Origin: an uncultured virus (IMG/VR IMGVR_UViG_3300031963_000089)
Lineage: Duplodnaviria > Heunggongvirae > Uroviricota > Caudoviricetes
IMG/VR virus record: IMGVR_UViG_3300031963_000089
Location: 55,027-75,026 of that record
DNA length: 20,000 nt
Strand: one strand, 5' to 3'
The translations under genes were made by a program, and so were the position numbers. Shown here in pieces: positions 18,245 through 20,000 of this stretch. Position 1 is the first letter of the stretch; the number at the start of each line of letters is the position of its first letter. The notes under the pieces were generated by a model. The model was not told the origin of the DNA, ran no database searches, and worked only from the letters and a program-made list of their open reading frames with translations.

Positions 18245-18420
18245 TTATATCAAAACAATAATTTTACCCTCAATAGTTTTTGGAGTTTCATTATCATATT
18301 CAAATTCTACAAATTCTTGTTTAAGTAGATATTCGTTTATAAAATCATTAATAGGGTAATAACTTATACAATCAATTATTGGTTTCCCTTTGGGGGAGTA
18401 CCTATAATAACCAATTTCAT
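18245..18420 (-). CDS. Small hypothetical protein (58 aa) needing a -1 frameshift at about 18394-18382 (programmed shift, pseudogene or sequencing indel)
   Basis: ATG 18420 overlaps the upstream TGA (ATGA) and reads MKLVIIGTPPKGNQ*. The -1 frame continues KPIIDCISYYPINDF...GKIIVLI* to 18245. The junction is C_CCA_AAG_GGA_AAC. Confidence 0.45.
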
Positions 18421-19184
18421 AATCCCATATCGTCAATAAATTTTTTGTGGGATTTTTTGTAAGAAGATTTGCTTTCGTCATAAACATCAGTAGTGTACTG
18501 CCAATTCCAATATAGTTTCTTATTAGGTTCAAATCCATAGAACTCATGTACTTTCATTTGAGTTTTAGTTACATCCTCACCATTCCAGTTCTGACCAACA
18601 CAGATAAACCCTGTCTCAATACCTTCAACAATATTTTTCTCACCTAAAGTAGCATGTCTATTCTCAATCCAAGTTAATCTTTCAATTAAATTTTGGTAGA
18701 ACATATTTGCCTGTCCCCATCTTACAGAACTAAAAAATACTACAGCGTCTGCTTCAAAAAGTTCTTTAGAAATTTTCCAAAGTTCATCTGTCTTATTATT
18801 TAAACTAGCCCAACATCTATGATATCCTGAAGGATTTTTTTTATCATCTTTAAGTAAAGATTTTAAAATACCACAACTATTACCTTCTTCCCTTGACACA
18901 TTCCCTTCACAAGGAAATATTTTTAATTCAGAAACATCAATAAAAACTGACTTATCACCAAGTTCTTCATTTAAGTACATTGCTAAGATTTTAGATTTAG
19001 GAACATCTATATTTTTCTCATCCCAATTATATCTATTTGAACAACTTAATAATAAAACTTTCTTTTTCTTTTTTAGAATGTCTAAAGTTTGTTTTAACTT
19101 TTTTTCACCCCCCTCTTGAACCATGTTCTCTGAGAGCATCATTTTTCTTATTTTTTGAATTTCTTCTTGTATGATATTAGACAT
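18417..19184 (-). CDS. Flavodoxin-fold flavoprotein (NADPH-dependent FMN reductase / WrbA / iron-sulfur flavoprotein superfamily), 255 aa
   Basis: KVLLLSCSNR...SKILA...IDVSELKIFPC...C...C...DELWKISKELFEADAVVFFSSVRWG...QNLIERL matches the FMN_red/Isf layout. Start reassigned to 19184 because GAGGT and TATTTAT precede it and the longer start would run through a terminator. Confidence 0.8.
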   Translation of the reverse strand: MSNIIQEEIQKIRKMMLSENMVQEGGEKKLKQTLDILKKKKKVLLLSCSNRYNWDEKNIDVPKSKILAMYLNEELGDKSVFIDVSELKIFPCEGNVSREEGNSCGILKSLLKDDKKNPSGYHRCWASLNNKTDELWKISKELFEADAVVFFSSVRWGQANMFYQNLIERLTWIENRHATLGEKNIVEGIETGFICVGQNWNGEDVTKTQMKVHEFYGFEPNKKLYWNWQYTTDVYDESKSSYKKSHKKFIDDMGL

Positions 19185-19188
19185 AATA

Positions 19189-19195
19189 ATAAATA
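19189..19195 (-). promoter_or_regulatory. TATTTAT upstream motif (candidate late promoter), overlapping a GAGGT Shine-Dalgarno-like sequence
   Basis: Minus strand AAAGAGGTATTTATTATT-ATG; 4 nt before ATG 19184. Confidence 0.55.
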
Positions 19196-19202
19196 CCTCT
19201 TT

Positions 19203-19231
19203 AAATAAAAAATCCCGACCTAGCTCGGGAT
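19203..19231 (-). terminator. Rho-independent terminator after the ribonucleotide reductase gene
   Basis: Minus strand ATCCCGA-GCTAGG-TCGGGAT followed by TTTTTATTT, starting about 24 nt after the nrdA stop. Confidence 0.85.
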
Positions 19232-19254
19232 AACACATCGGATATTGTTAATTA

Positions 19255-20000
19255 TTATGATGAACAACCAAAACAATCAAATTCACTATTTTCAGGTTTT
19301 GGTGGTAAATTCATATAACTATAATCTACTTTTGGAGGTTCAGGGGTTGGTTTTGGTTTGTTAATTTTTGATACGTCCATAGCCAAGTGTTTAGCTCCCG
19401 TTGAGATTGCTCTTGTTCTAACGTAGTAACAAAGTGTTTTCAATCCTTTTTCCCATCCGTAAAAATGTGATGATGAAATCTTAGACAATGTTGGGTTTGA
19501 CATGTATATATTCATTGATTGTGATTGGTCAATAAATGGAGCTCTATCTGCCGCCATCTCAATCAATTCTCTTTGTGAAATCTCCCAAATTGTTTTGTAT
19601 TTCTTAATTAAATGTTCAGTTCTTTTAACTTTGAAGTTATATCTCTTATCTTCTTGGTCAAGGTAGTTATTGAAATTAATGTTTTGAATTGAACCTTCGT
19701 TCATAATGATTTCATTCTTTAAGTCCTCAGACCAAATTCCAATCTTTTCAAAATCACTAATCAAATACTTGTTAACAATCATAATCTCACCACCAACTAC
19801 ACGTCTGTTAAAGATTGCTGAGTGAGCTGGTTCTGTCATTTCATATGAACCTGTAATCTTTGCCGACGATGCCACAGGCATTTGAGCGGTAAATAATGAG
19901 TTACAAACTCCATACTTACTAACATTCTCTTTCAGAGTTGACCATGGCCATCTTCCTGATAATTCATTTTCGTTTAATCCCCACATATCAAATTGGAATA
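19255..20000 (-). CDS. nrdA: Ribonucleoside-diphosphate reductase class I alpha subunit, C-terminal part (5' end beyond window)
   Basis: The frame is open to the window edge (FQFDMWG). Motifs NSLFTAQMPVASS, RRVVGGE, YKTIWEISQ, FIDQSQSMN, GLKTLCYYVRT (tyrosine pair) and a C-terminal redox CxxC (DCFGCSS). Confidence 0.95.
   Translation of the reverse strand, partial: FQFDMWGLNENELSGRWPWSTLKENVSKYGVCNSLFTAQMPVASSAKITGSYEMTEPAHSAIFNRRVVGGEIMIVNKYLISDFEKIGIWSEDLKNEIIMNEGSIQNINFNNYLDQEDKRYNFKVKRTEHLIKKYKTIWEISQRELIEMAADRAPFIDQSQSMNIYMSNPTLSKISSSHFYGWEKGLKTLCYYVRTRAISTGAKHLAMDVSKINKPKPTPEPPKVDYSYMNLPPKPENSEFDCFGCSS

Noticed and set aside
18421..18547. 5' part of the 100-aa track ORF (start 18547)
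   Set aside because: Would overlap the flavoprotein gene by 131 nt; the coupled ATG at 18420 plus a -1 shift explains the 3' part better, though the overlap cannot be fully excluded.
19185..19238. Longer start for the flavoprotein (MCYPELGRDF...)
   Set aside because: Runs through the terminator hairpin; the Shine-Dalgarno-like and TATTTAT signals point to ATG 19184.
1..20000. CRISPR arrays, tRNAs, introns/inteins, DGR elements, stop-codon recoding
   Set aside because: No spaced direct repeats, cloverleafs, reverse transcriptase or near-identical repeat pairs were seen by eye; long ORFs tile the window under the standard code.

Overview
An AT-rich, densely packed window whose credible genes all lie on the minus strand. 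It reads as part of a large contractile-tailed (myovirus-type, probably jumbo) phage genome. In transcription order (right to left) it holds: the 3' end of a class I ribonucleotide reductase alpha gene; an intrinsic terminator; a flavodoxin-fold flavoprotein; a small ORF split by a -1 frameshift; and a baseplate/tail module. That module comprises gp25-like, gp6/baseplate-J-like, an 1859-aa protein with an internal hydrophobic segment, three unknown proteins, a PKD-domain protein, a P2 gpI/gp7-like wedge protein, a protein with seven SprB-like repeats, and a partial Pro/Thr-linker protein missed by the ORF track. The most notable unexplained signals are: (1) a TATTTAT motif just upstream of every gene that has a real intergenic spacer, twice embedded in a hairpin; (2) tandem -1 slippery heptamers in a translationally coupled small gene; (3) a homologous C-terminal domain shared by the wedge and SprB-repeat proteins, and an N-terminal motif shared by three neighbouring genes; (4) enrichment of [ST]G-x-T in peripheral structural proteins. 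All product calls come from motif recognition by eye; no searches were run.
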